Of a stretch of 64,000 nucleotides of DNA, positions 1 to 11,620 are shown piece by piece. The stretch covers positions 10,478,001 through 10,542,000 of the forward strand of contig CM068748.1 in the NCBI GenBank assembly GCA_035084275.1. The letters run 5' to 3'. The stretch comes from Hydrolagus colliei. Its lineage: Eukaryota. Under the pieces are notes generated by a model. The model worked only from the letters and a program-made list of their open reading frames with translations, was not told the DNA's origin and did no database searches. The first letter of the stretch is position 1, and every line of letters starts with the position of its first letter. The position numbers and the translations under genes are program-made.

Positions 1-3000
1 ACACACTTTAAACCCACTCTCAGCCCAGTCAAACTAATGTGTGGTTTAGCAACAGATCAGATTCCCTCAGAGAGGAGGAGGGAGGTGAGCGGCAACAACT
101 GTCAGATGTTTGGCTGAAAGTGTCCTCTGGGAAAGTGAAAGCGACTGACTGACTTTAGCCACTGGCAGCCACTCAATTTGTTGTGGGGGCGGGGGGTTGC
201 CCTTTAAATAAGAACCAGTTCATGCGAAGCTGTTTTAACACACACCCTCTTCAAATCTAGCAGGTTTCATTGAATTGTTTGTTACAATGATCCTGTGTTG
301 ATCACACACTGTGTGGAATAACCTTAGTTGGAGGAGATTAAGAGGTGGGAAATTAGAAACTATGGAATTCTTAGCAGCATATAAAGAAATCTCAGTTTTT
401 CCACTTAATTTATGCTTTAAAAATGCACCAACGTTACATAATAGCTAAAGCTACAATGGAAATAAGAATAGGCGCCCAATCCACGTTATATATATATATA
501 TATAAATATATTGGACAACCACATGCTAGAGAGGTGCTGCAAATCTACCGCTAAAAGATAAATTCCTATTTACATTTGACACACCACTGGATGCAGTTTA
601 ATGTTCGCGTTTAATTAACTGATCATGGCCTGGTGCCATAAATCATTTCGATCATTATGTTTTGTGCAGTAATCCGTCCGTTCATTTTTAACTAATTAAG
701 AAAAAAAATCTATGTTCCAATAAATTCCCCCCCACCCCCCCATTGACATTAAACGGGAATCTGTCTAAAACGTAAAGTGCGTGACATGAAGAATGCAAAT
801 TTAGGAAGTAAGGGAAAACACTGTATAACTGTGAAGACGTTTTTGTTTAAGGTCTGCTTAATAAGTGCATGTAACTAATCATGGGGAAAGTCTGTATTCA
901 AAACAATGTGGACCAGGCAAACACAAGCAGTAAGGAGGGTCAGGTGGATTGCCTTGCAGGTAGAAAGCCAAATCCTGGGTGAGTTCAGCTGTGAGTTTAT
1001 TCATTCTGAACTGTTCACAGTGACTTTTTATGTGTAATTGCCAACAATAAGGACAGCTTAAGTGCAAGGTAAAGCTTTGCCCTCTCTGTAGTACTGTGTG
1101 CTTTAACCTCAATCTCACAACACTCTTTACCACATCAATCAATATAACATTCCCACAGCAGCTTGTGCTGTCCACACATTAACCTTAAGAGCTTTCTACT
1201 GATGGTCCTCAAAATGATTTTTTCTTCGCACCCTTATATGTATCAAAGAGATGGATTTGGTGGATGGGTTTTGTCTGGGCTGAATTCAAACTGAGGACAT
1301 AGAGACGTAAAGATACCGTCCTAACCAACTGAAGCGTTCAACCGCTTGGTTTTATATAGAGAGGCTTGAAGAATTGATGCAGGTGAGTGCGTTACACTGG
1401 ACTTTCACAGGTATTACCAGCAGTCTTAGACGACTGCATTGAGCGGTGCAAAACTAATGGAAAACTCATCGCTGGCGTGTTACAAACTGGTGGAAGTCCT
1501 GCTGACTGAAGGTCGTGTCTAATACCCTCGGGTTAATATTTTCCACTTTCACACTCAGCTACTGGCGAGTCAATAACGTTTCAGTCGATATACGGTTTCA
1601 CTCATTCATTTGTAAAAGAGAAATAAATGTTTTTTATTACCTTGGATTAATTTATTTGGGTACACCACCAATTATTTTTTACGTAAGGAATACTAGAAAT
1701 TCAGTGCAATTTTTTAATTTGCAGGAACTGTGAAATTCACAGAAAATTAAATCAGATAAAGGATTATGGAGATCACAGGCAGCTGATGGAAATAGCTGAG
1801 AGGTTGACAGTCCATTGAAACATCAAGGTTTAAATTCCTTTCCTTTAAGGGTCAATTCACCATCTTTAGAAACCACATAAGTTCAAAATCTTTTGAAACC
1901 CGTAGGGAAACTCAGCTCAGGTGTAATCGTTAGCAATGTAAATCATTGTTGCAGTTATTTAAGGATCTTTACTAAGAATACTTCTTTCTAAACAAATAAC
2001 CATTACATTGTGATATAAAAGTTATTCAGGGTTCATTCTCTTTGCCCTTTCACTGCTTAATCACAAAAAAAAATGCAATTGTGCTTTATGATACTACAAT
2101 GAAGATGTTGTTTGGTATATCTTCAAAAAGTGTACAAATGACTTAACCCACTGATATTGAAAATCTTCTATTGAATTCCAACACAGAATGAAAATTAGGT
2201 TTCCATGTAAATAAATCGTAAGACATGCATTTTGTGATGCAAGTTAGCATAATTATTAGGAATATGTCAAGAATATTAAAATAGGTTTACAAGTATTTAA
2301 TGTTGTTTTAGAAATGTTGGCCCATGTTCTTTGTTAAGTTTAACAAAGCCTGTGGTTTGTGAGATGCCAGAAGCAGAATCACATACAGTATAGTGATTCC
2401 ATCTCGCTATTTCCCTCAATGGGAAAGCCTTTACCGAATGCCTCTGTAGATGCAACGGAAATTGAATATCAGGGATAAAAGTATGCACCCTACCACTCTA
2501 TACTCTTAAAAAAAAACAAGGATGAACGTAATCAGTGGAAATCAAAATTCCATCAAACAGCAAACAACTCAGAAATTCGAACAATAATAACATATATTGT
2601 AACCACTATGAAGGACAAGAGGTAAAATTACATATTTATCATTTGTCTCAGCCGATTTACAACCCAAATCACAGTCATCTGATGCAATGCATCTCTCAGT
2701 CTCCCACCAGGGAAAATATCTTCACTCTTTTGTTTATGCTACATTGCCACACAAGTCAAAGAAGTGAAAAGGGACAAAGTGAATATCATCTATTTTCCAG
2801 ATCAAAAATAAAACTACAAATATATCAGTTTGTTCTACATTTGCTGTCGTGACAAGTTTTAACCTCAGTCCAGCACCAAATCAGATTAAAGATTTAGGAA
2901 ATCTGCACTTAAGAGGGATGGATTGTTGTATTAAATGATTGGGATGGATTACAATTGTTAAAGTGTTATAGAGAGCAACAACAAAGGATTATTGGTATTT

Positions 3001-3525
3001 TCTGAGATGCACTTTGGCAGAGTAACTTCTGTCTGATTAATTCTACATGTGGTTATCCTTCATAATTCTTGCTGATAATTAGTTTGGGAAAATCAATAAC
3101 ACCACATCAAAGTAATTGGTTTATGGGACTTCAGGAGGTTAAAGGGCCCAGCAATCTAATTAAAATACCTTGCCTCTAAAGGAAATAATTTAGCATGTGA
3201 ATGGAGTGTGGAATATCCTTCACACATATTTTAGGTGTACCCTAATTTGCGAACTTTGAAATTCAAGGTTATGATTCAAATTTTGTCCACCCACCCATTC
3301 ATTATTCTAGATTTTATTGTTGACCTTTGCTAATTAGGGTGCCCATGAAAATTTGTATCAGATGCAGTGGTTAAAATGTATGTACTGTGGCTCATTTAAT
3401 AGTACTGCACATCATACAGATAGCCCAAGCCATGATAAATGGTACTGAATTCAATTACTTTTTCTTTCGATACTGTTTATCAATGTTGCAAAACATAATT
3501 TTGCCTTGAAGGGGACAGTAAAGAA

Positions 3526-3929
3526 TAGTGTCTAGCGATAGATCGATATATCGGTTATATCGGTGTAATTTTTCATATCGATATGCCGATATTGGAAATT
3601 CAAATATATCGATATATCGAAAAATTCGATATTTAAAAAAATCAATATATCGCAAATATTGGTATATCGTGTCCGGCGAGATATCGATATATCGGTATAA
3701 TGCAAACTTTTTCAATTTACCTTGTCGCCGGTATTGCAAACCTCCTGGGCCTAGAGCATGGAATGCGCGCACACATCAGAATGTGTGCACACACCGGAAT
3801 GCGCGCGCACCCCGAATGCGCGCATCCCTCCGAATGCGTGCACATGCACAGTACAAAAAAAATCCAGAGATATCGGTATGAGCCAACCAATATATCGATA
3901 TCGGAAAATTTTGATATCGACGGACCCTA
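3526..3929. mobile_element. Non-autonomous hAT-type DNA transposon (MITE), copy 1
   Basis: Imperfect TIRs TAGTGTCTAGCGATA / (rc) TAGGGTCCGTCGATA. 8-bp TSD gtaaagaa (3518-3525) / gtatagaa (3930-3937), 7/8 match. Dense ATCG/CGAT subterminal repeats. Right part is homologous to 20852-21691. Confidence 0.8.
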
Positions 3930-3987
3930 GTATAGAATTGTCCCCTTCATTACCCTCAGTGGTATTACTTTGAATCTCTGAATAAAA

Positions 3988-4070
3988 ATAATAACAGTCC
4001 TTGCATTTGATATCACACTTTTCACGTCTTCTCGACATCTCAAAGCGCTTCACAGAATATACTGCCAATG
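3988..4070 (-). mobile_element. SINE 3' tail fragment (same family as 6079-6381)
   Basis: Reverse complement of gtgaagcgctttgagatgtc..gtgaaaagtgtgatatcaaatgcaagga..ttattatt. Confidence 0.75.
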
Positions 4071-4764
4071 AATGGAACCCCAGTTTACTCAGTTTCTAAT
4101 CAAATTTTTCATTCCAGGTTTCAACTGCTGAACGTCCTTCAAGACCAATATATCCATCCTCCAAATTTGGTATAGTGCCTTATCCTGTTGGAAGGATATC
4201 TCAAAGCACTCCACAGGGTTAACTGTGAAATGGAGTGACAATGTATTTCTAGGTGAATGCGGCAGCACAGTTGTATACTGCTATCTTCCACAAACAGCCC
4301 AGAAATCCAAGTCCAAGAATTCAATTCTTCAGTTGATAATTGAATGCACTGTAAACTCTGGACACATTGTGAATGGAAATTAAGGGAAGAATGTAAAACA
4401 TAGGGGTATTTTTAAAAAATCGCAATTTATAAGAGTCCCATAGAAATTAAATCTATAGTCTGTTGCATAATTGCAAACCATCCTATGATTAATTGTTAAA
4501 TAGCATTACATTTAATAACAAAGAAAGATAGAGATAAATTGCCTTTAGGTAAAACCTAAGAAAAATAAAAGTAGGTCGACAATGCTCAGTGTGCTAAGTA
4601 CTAACAACAGAAAATAATAGAAGAAATGTGGCTGAATAAAACAATGTTCAATCCTTTCTCTAGCGATAACCTAAATATAATTACTCTTTCTAAATACGGT
4701 TTCTTATGGCCCTTTACAAGCTATATTAAAGTGTTGACTGAGAGAAACTTGCTTCTCTTTTTAA

Positions 4765-4990
4765 GTAGAGCTATGGGATCATTAACATCCACCTGAACAG
4801 GCAGATGGGACCTTAGTTTACTGTCTCATCAGAAGGATAGGATTTCCAGAAATGCAGCATTACCCCCAGCACTGCACTGGAACATTGGAGTATCACTAAA
4901 CCGGGAGCTGAACTCCCAACATGGTGCAGTACGTGAATCTCAACCTTCTGACTCAGAGGCAAAAGCGCTACCAACTAAGCCAGGCTGACA
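4765..4990 (-). mobile_element. tRNA-derived Deu-domain SINE (AmnSINE/SacSINE-like), old
   Basis: Minus strand reads a tRNA-like head tgtcagcctggcttagttggtagcgc..., then gatgagacagtaaactaaggtcccatctgcctgttcaggtggatgttaatgatcccatagc, which resembles the Deu domain (recognised from memory). Confidence 0.6.
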
Positions 4991-6078
4991 CATTTAGTTT
5001 ACAGTGCTGCTGCTGGTCACGCCCTTGCTTAAAGAAATAATATAATTATTATTATTGCTTAAAGAAATGACAACAGCATGTGTGAAGACAGCAGAGCAGA
5101 AAACAAGCTAAGTAGGTACAGCTGTGGTCTGCTCAAAAAAGGCAGCTCTTTATTATTCTGGTTGCATGGTGGTGATGAACTGTAATCATCAGTCGATCCT
5201 CAGCCAAATCCAGCAAAATATTTGAAGTGAAAAACACCTAGATAATCATTTGAAACCTCCAATGTATTTTTAGCTTTCTCATTGGATGTTAGAACCATAA
5301 CAAACATTCCGCGGGTGTTTCCCGGCTTTCAGCGCCTTGGGACGTCCTCCCGACGTGAAAGGCGCTCTATAAATGTAATTTGTTGTTGTTGTTATACAAT
5401 GAGGTAGTTTCCTCACTCAGATTTTCCTTGTTAATAACTGGAAAATCTTGATACCAGGTAATGTAGAAAAGCAGAGGTTCACAATGAGTAAACAAATGAT
5501 TTTGTTTGCAGGTTGAATAGAAGAACTCAATCAGCATTTTCCGTTATACAAAATATCAGATTCATTTTATAACAGAGAAGAGAGAAAGACTGATGTGGAT
5601 GAGTTAGCTGAAGATAAAATATTCACCCTATTAGGTGATAATTTATTATTACTACTGCATTGCCATTTAGATGCAATATTTTACAGATCACTGCTCGAGT
5701 CTGATAGAAATCACATTTCAAAACATCAAACTATATAGATGTATAACACCATCCAAAATGCAGAATCAGGTCAAATAATAGCCTAAGGCCAAACTTTGAA
5801 TAGAACATCTCACCAGTCAGATTTTTTTTGTCTGCGTAGATTGTTGCTGAATGTTTAAGTTGTTGTGCCACAGTGATTTCAGATTTAAAAGGGAACTTTA
5901 TATTTTTGGATTGAATACATTCATTTGCTACCTAGTTTTGTGCATTTCCATACCGCTCTTCTGAGATTTAAGTCAATTTGAATTTCTGATTTATACTGCA
6001 TTCAGTTATTTGGGTTTCATTCACAAAGGTCCAGATTTGGGGTACTGTACATTTTGTGTTGAAGGTTTGCGAGTTATC

Positions 6079-6381
6079 GGAGTCCTGTAGCTCAGTGGTT
6101 AGAGTAGTCACCTTGCAAGCGAGAGAACCAGGGTTTCATTGCAGGCAGAGTGAAACCTTGGGCAAGTTTCCCTAGTCCAATGCTTGTTAATAATCCCTCA
6201 AAAAAAATTTGGTCATTTCTATGCAAGATTCTTTGTGGGACACTGATGTGTGCAATTGGCTGCCGCGTTTTGCGCACAAATATACAGTCAATTCACTTTA
6301 TAGTGTATTCTGTGAAGCATTTTGAGATGTCTAGAAGACGTGAAAAGCATGATATCAAATGCAAGGATTGTTATTATTATT
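6079..6381 (+). mobile_element. Full-length tRNA-derived SINE with L2-like 3' tail
   Basis: A-box tagctcagtggt, degenerate B-box, ttgggcaagttt core, tail ...aaatgcaaggattgttattattat. More than 10 related copies occur in the window. Confidence 0.85.
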
Positions 6382-8422
6382 AGCTTCATATTTTGTATGC
6401 TTTTATGTAGTGCATTAGATTAAGCAGTCTTGCTGTTTTTTTTCATTACCTGTGGTGGCAGGGCAGGTAAATACATAAGTCCTCCTTACAATAGCACCTT
6501 AGATTTGCTGAGCTCCAAAGAGTATATTTTTGATGCTTCTATGCAACATATGGTAGGGGAGCATTGTTTAGTTTTATCTTAATACAGCACAAAGGATCTA
6601 AATGACCCAGTTAAGAAACACAAATTGTTATTTATTCTTGCAAAACACCACTGTTAGTGATGCGATGCTGGAGTCTTACAAGTGAATTATCTTGACACAC
6701 AAGCACAGGAAAAATAGTTTAAAAAAACGGTCAGGCCATTTAATTTGTGGCAAATATTTCTGCATTTTTCTATTGGCCCAGTTCATGGGTAAGGAGTTAT
6801 AGGCACAGCACAAAAAAAAATTGTTTGTATTTTTGGCACCCCAGGTCTAACTGCAGTAATCCACCATGAAGATTGATTTCTTTCAGATCATTAAAGCTAC
6901 TTTAAGCTTTTATTTATCTTAGTATTTTATTATTAAAAATCCACTCCGTAATAGCCCTTCACTAAAGAGCACAACTTCTAAAACTGAGGAAAAGGGAAAC
7001 TGAGGAGACTGTGATTCAATAGATAATCACTGGATGGCACTGCAGGCCTTCTTAAAACTCATTTACGCAGTGTAAATGTGGAAGTTGCCGGTCATGAAAT
7101 CAGGTATAAAAATTATATATTTTTCCCCCCCCTTGATAAAAAAGACAAGTGGTTGACTGCTAAGCTTGCTGCTGATGTCACAAATTATTGCTAGAAAATG
7201 AATTCCATCAGCCCATTCTAGTCCCTGTCCATTGTGTTTTCACTCTCTACTCCCCAATTTTGTAAGCAATGCAAAGTCAAAGTCTTGCCAAGTTAGCACA
7301 AATTAGATTATGAATCAGTTCCTGAGGATACATTAATGACTCACTGATGAGCTTTATCACTATGTTATTAAACTGATATTTTGAAGCTTGTTTTCGCTGC
7401 TAATAGATTATTCTACTTCCAGATTGTGAAAGACCATAATTGCTTTAATTTTGATACTGCAGCAAGCCCAGTGCTGTGAAAGAAAACTCGTTTTTAAGCA
7501 TATGTATGATTTATGGGACCTTGGGAATCTACCGGATTTACTCTTGTTTACGTAATAAATTAGAGCATAGAGTTTGTAAGATGCTTCAAATGACTTAATT
7601 TTGAAACAGTATCCAAAAATTTGCCAAATTATAGACCCCATAAAATGCCCCAAATATAACAGATTCAGGTGAAATTTGCCCCTTAAGGAGTAGAAACATT
7701 GCGATCTTTCTACTTCAAGATAACTGCCTCAGTTGCCTATTGTTGGTAAGACAAAGGAGTTGAGGTACAGATTAGCCATGGTCTAATAGAATGGTGGAAC
7801 AGGATTGACGAGTTAATGGCTCACGATTGTTCCTCCTTTCCTAAAATAGTAATTTAAGGCATTGAAAATACCATAGAGTATGAAGGGTGTCTATATTGGA
7901 TCAACATTTCCTAGATACAAATAATTACATCCTGGCCAACAATCCTACAGATAATTGATCATTAATATCATGGTGTTAGAAGACTTCACTTTTCAAAATG
8001 TCTGCCATATTTGCCTTACAAATGTCAGTGTCCATATAAGGCTCTATAAAATGCAAGTTTCCTCTTTCTTTGATGAAAGAACAATTATCATACTCTTTGA
8101 TTAATACTTGCAACATTAATTTGAATCTGAGATATAGAAGTACAATTGTTGATATACTGTAGAGAGAACTACACTAATGTAGGTGTATCATTGTAAACCA
8201 GTATTATCTACTAATTAGAAGCAGTGTCATGATCTTAACATTTCTTAAGTTCCTTAAGTGATGTCTAACATCTCACTTCAGTTTCTGTTTGAATGCTGAA
8301 ATATATTTTTTATTTCAGCAATTGGTGAGTAAGAGAAAATGTGAGAGATTCTATCCTTGGAATGCCAAAAGTAATAATACCCTCAGGTTTATTTTGGAAT
8401 AAATATGGAATGTGGAAGAAGT

Positions 8423-8712
8423 ATCCACTTCTCAAGAGTACAGTACATGCGGAACTCCTGACTACATTTCCCAGCCAACTTTATTAATTGTGGATAATAC
8501 GGAACTACATGTACCAGAGTACTTTGTAAAACATAGGGTGATAATACAGTATGGAGCAGAACTACATTTTCCAGCATGCAATTGGAGACATAATGTGATT
8601 ATCCAGAGGAGAACTACATATCCCAGGGCACTTTTGCAATCACATCCAGGTATAGGACACATCTTTATTCAGCACTGGGTCAGCTGATCTACTGACCTAC
8701 AATTTCCATAGG
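8423..8712 (+). promoter_or_regulatory. Cluster of ZNF143/THAP11-like (SBS, ACTACAnnTCCCA) motifs
   Basis: actacatttcccag (8461), actacatgtaccag (8504), actacattttccagcatgca (8561), actacatatcccag (8613), cctacaatttccat (8696); all in the same orientation. Confidence 0.55.
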
Positions 8713-8819
8713 TGGCCAGCTTGCTTTTGATGTACCCCCAGCTCAGCTGCTGATCTGAAAATGTTTACCAATAAAAGTTACAAGGAGAGATCTGCCACCA
8801 GAAAGCAACCTTCTCCGAC

Positions 8820-9150
8820 TCTACTCCTTTGTCCATGCCCTCCATAGCTAACACACGTCTGCTGTCCAACCCTAACCTCTTCTCACCAGCATTGGTAGCC
8901 AAGTCTTCAGCCATGATGCCATTAATCTCTGGAATTCCATGCTTCTTTATAACACTCTAGCCGAAATGAAGGCTATAATACTCTAGCCGAAATAAGTACA
9001 AATTGTTGTTTTGTTGACTCAATTTCACTGCTTCGATCTTTAATCCTTCAAGTCTGCTGCAAGACCCTCTTATGGTCCATTGAGTCACCCCAAATCCCCT
9101 CATTTCCCTTCACCCTCCCCGTCCCCAACCTGGGTCTGAAACAATGTCCA
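8820..9150 (+). mobile_element. L2 LINE 3' fragment
   Basis: Decayed G.R.FS..AP.LWNS-type ORF2 end plus 3' UTR; resembles the other L2 ends in the window. Confidence 0.55.
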
Positions 9151-9169
9151 GGGTCCTCTTGTTGTTGTT

Positions 9170-9870
9170 TAGCCTACCTGCCTTTCACATTAGGAGGATG
9201 CCCCAACATGCTAGACTGTCAGTGTTTCGGACCTGAGCTGGTGGTCGGGATCGGGGAGGGTGATCAAAGAAGTGGATCTTGAGATGGATCTTGCAGGAAC
9301 CAAGTAAGGGGCAAAGTGGAGGCACTGCCAGATGGAGTTACAGATGGTAGGGGCAGAGTGGCTAAAGGCTCAATGGTGCAGTGGGTGGGGACATGAAGTA
9401 GGCTGGAGCCTGCTGAGCAGAGTGAGTTGGGCGAGGATGGGGTGATAGTGTCGCAGAGCCTGGTGTGTAGAGGACACGACCTAAAAGTTCACTCTGCAGA
9501 GCATGCAGCCTATGCTGGGAAGAGTTGGTGAGGCCAACAAGCTTGGATATTATTAATGGATGTATGAGGGTTTTGGTAGTCTTCAGTGTGAGACAGTGGC
9601 GGAGCTGGCCAATGTTGCATAGGTGGGGGAAGGCAGAACTAGTCATGGCATGGATTTGGGGTAGATAGTTGAGGGTGAAACAAGATGCCAAGGTTCTGGA
9701 CTGGTTCGGTGAGGTGGAGTGTGCATCGTTGAATGGTGTCAGCGCCTGAAGTATGGAGGCGCTGACAGGAGACAATCCGAAATTGCTTTAGTCTTGTTGA
9801 TGTTCAACTGATAAAAGTTAGCTCTCATCACATTCCTCATCCAGAATGTCTGGCAGAATGTCTGGCAGAC
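9170..9870 (-). mobile_element. L2 LINE 3' fragment (ORF2 C-terminus)
   Basis: ORF 9362-9775 contains SAFPHLCNIGQLRHCL..TLIHPLIISKL, matching the L2 motif FFHLRNIARLR..LIHAFVTSRLDY. Confidence 0.8.
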
Positions 9871-10184
9871 ATTCTGTCAGGACAGTTCTCTTCACCACAC
9901 ACATCAAGTCATTCCCCCACACCCCCAAACCACCCACAATTGCATCCAATTACACCACTGTGTCAGCGCTCCGGAGATAATATCCTATGTTTGGAAATGA
10001 GTAACTCTTATTTCACACCACCCAACAGTATGGTCATTTTGTGTATTTGAGCAACAACAACTTGCATTTATATAGTGCCCCTTACATCCCAGAGTGGTCG
10101 ACAGTGGTCGAGCCGAGCCTGGGGGAGAGAGATGATCAAGAGCAGGAAATGAGTCAGACTCTGACCCCCAGAGTGGGGTTCCAC

Positions 10185-10710
10185 CCAAAAACCCCCCTCC
10201 CCAGCCCCCAACAACCACCACCCCACAGTGCACCCTCCCACTGCCCCTCCACCCCTCCCCACAGTTCCTCTACCCACAGCCCCGCTCACCAAGCTGCCCC
10301 TCCCCACGGCCCCCTCCTCCTCACAGCCACCCCTTCCACATCCACCCCCACTCCGACACCCCCTCCGCACAGCACCCCCCCCACCCACTCCACAGACCCT
10401 GCCCACAGCCCACCCTAGGCACAGCTCCATCCTCACTCTCCCCCCCACAACTCCACCCCCCCTCCCCCACAGCCCCACGACCCCCTCCCCCACAGCTCCA
10501 TCCTCCCTCTCCCCCCACAACTCCACCCCCCCTCCCCCACAGCCCCACGACCCCCTCCCCCACAGCTCCATCCTCCCTCTCCCCCCCACAACTCCACCCC
10601 CCCTCCCCCACAGCTCCATCCTCCCTCTCCCTTACAGAGCTCCACCCCCACCTCCCCAACACCCCCCTCCCCCACAGCTCCACCCCCCCCCCCCTCCCCC
10701 ACAGCTCCCT
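10185..10710. repeat. C-rich minisatellite / low-complexity tract abutting the WAPL promoter
   Basis: Repeated CCCCACAGCTCC / CCCCACAACTCC cores. A unit of about 70 bp (acagctccatcctccctctccccccacaactccacccccctcccccacagccccacgaccccctccccc) recurs near 10420, 10492 and, partially, 10562. Confidence 0.9.
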
Positions 10711-10714
10711 CCTG

Positions 10715-11620
10715 TGCGAACTATTGTGATTGGTGCAGCCCAGTAGCAGTTGGTGACCAATCGGCGCTGGCCTCAGGAGCAGGTGCCGCGGTGTTAGTGA
10801 ACGCGGCACGGATTGGCTGCGGGGCTGTCAGGTGACCGCGCGCGGTTTATGGCGGTGAGGTGTTTTTTTGGCTTAGGCCTGTGGAGAGTTCTGAGGCGAG
10901 TTTGTTTTAAAATTCCTTTTTTTTAAAAAGAACCATATTTATACACACACACATATATATAAGAACAAGAAGCGGCGGAGATTCCGCGGGTAACAATACC
11001 AACGATAACTCGGTGTCCGGGTATTAGAAGCTGCATTGATATCCCGCCTGGTGAAGGCAGAGCAGAGCGCGCCGTCAGCCCCCACCCCCACCACTCGAAG
11101 GGAAGGAGCCGAACGAGAGCCGGGAGGAGGAGGAGGAGGAGGCGGCGGCGGCGGCCGGCGATCGAGGGATTTCACAGAGGGTCGTGAAAGGTGGTGAGTA
11201 ACAAGACCGTGCACTGTGGGAAGAGGAGGAGGGGCTGATTGCAAAGCGACACATACATCGAGGCCTGGGCCCAGTTCCTGCTTTAGGGGAATTTCCCCCA
11301 ACTTGCAATGGGGATATACACGAGGGACCAAATCAGATAAGAGGCTGTCAATCCTGCGGGGGGGTCTTCCTGTAACGGGCGGGCCCCGACCCCCCCATCC
11401 CATACAGGGTCTTAGATGTTAAAGATTTTAAAAAACTTGCGCCCTGACAAAGTTGTTTTGAAGGTGTTGCCGTTAACGGCTCATGGCTTCGAGTTGTGAT
11501 GAAAACCATTATTGTGATGGTCGTGGGGGTGGGTGGGGGGGGGACGGGTGAGAGGGACAGCAGGACCCGGGGAACGTGACCTGGGTCAGCGAGGACACCG
11601 CGCACACAGCGATTCACCCT
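10715..11620 (+). promoter_or_regulatory. WAPL: CpG-island promoter region of WAPL
   Basis: The main CpG-rich non-repeat segment of the window. CCAAT/ATTGG boxes at 10729, 10757 and 10812, YY1-like ATGGCGG at 10849, TATA-like TATATAAG near 10956. Lies 3.2 kb upstream of the first coding exon. Confidence 0.8.
10985..11193 (+). other. WAPL: WAPL non-coding exon 1 (5' end uncertain)
   Basis: GC-rich, contains (GGA)6(GGC)5, no ATG. Ends at donor GTG|GTGAGT (11193/11194); tandem alternative AAG|GTGGTG at 11190. TSS inferred. Confidence 0.65.

Noticed and set aside
3455-4068. Overlapping YRYIDI-rich ORFs
   Set aside because: Artefact of palindromic ATCGAT subterminal repeats of the hAT MITE and a SINE tail.
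6079-6150. tRNA gene (also 34273-34340)
   Set aside because: The A/B-box head continues into a SINE body and tail, with no complete cloverleaf.
8423-8712. CRISPR-like repeat-spacer appearance
   Set aside because: The repeats are short, degenerate and irregularly spaced, there are no cas genes and the context is vertebrate; better explained as transcription-factor motifs.
1-10000. Coding exons of a neighbouring gene such as OPN4
   Set aside because: No recognisable opsin or other protein motif in any listed frame.
10041-10809. Several Pro- or Gly-rich ORFs on both strands
   Set aside because: Stop-free frames produced by the C-rich minisatellite.
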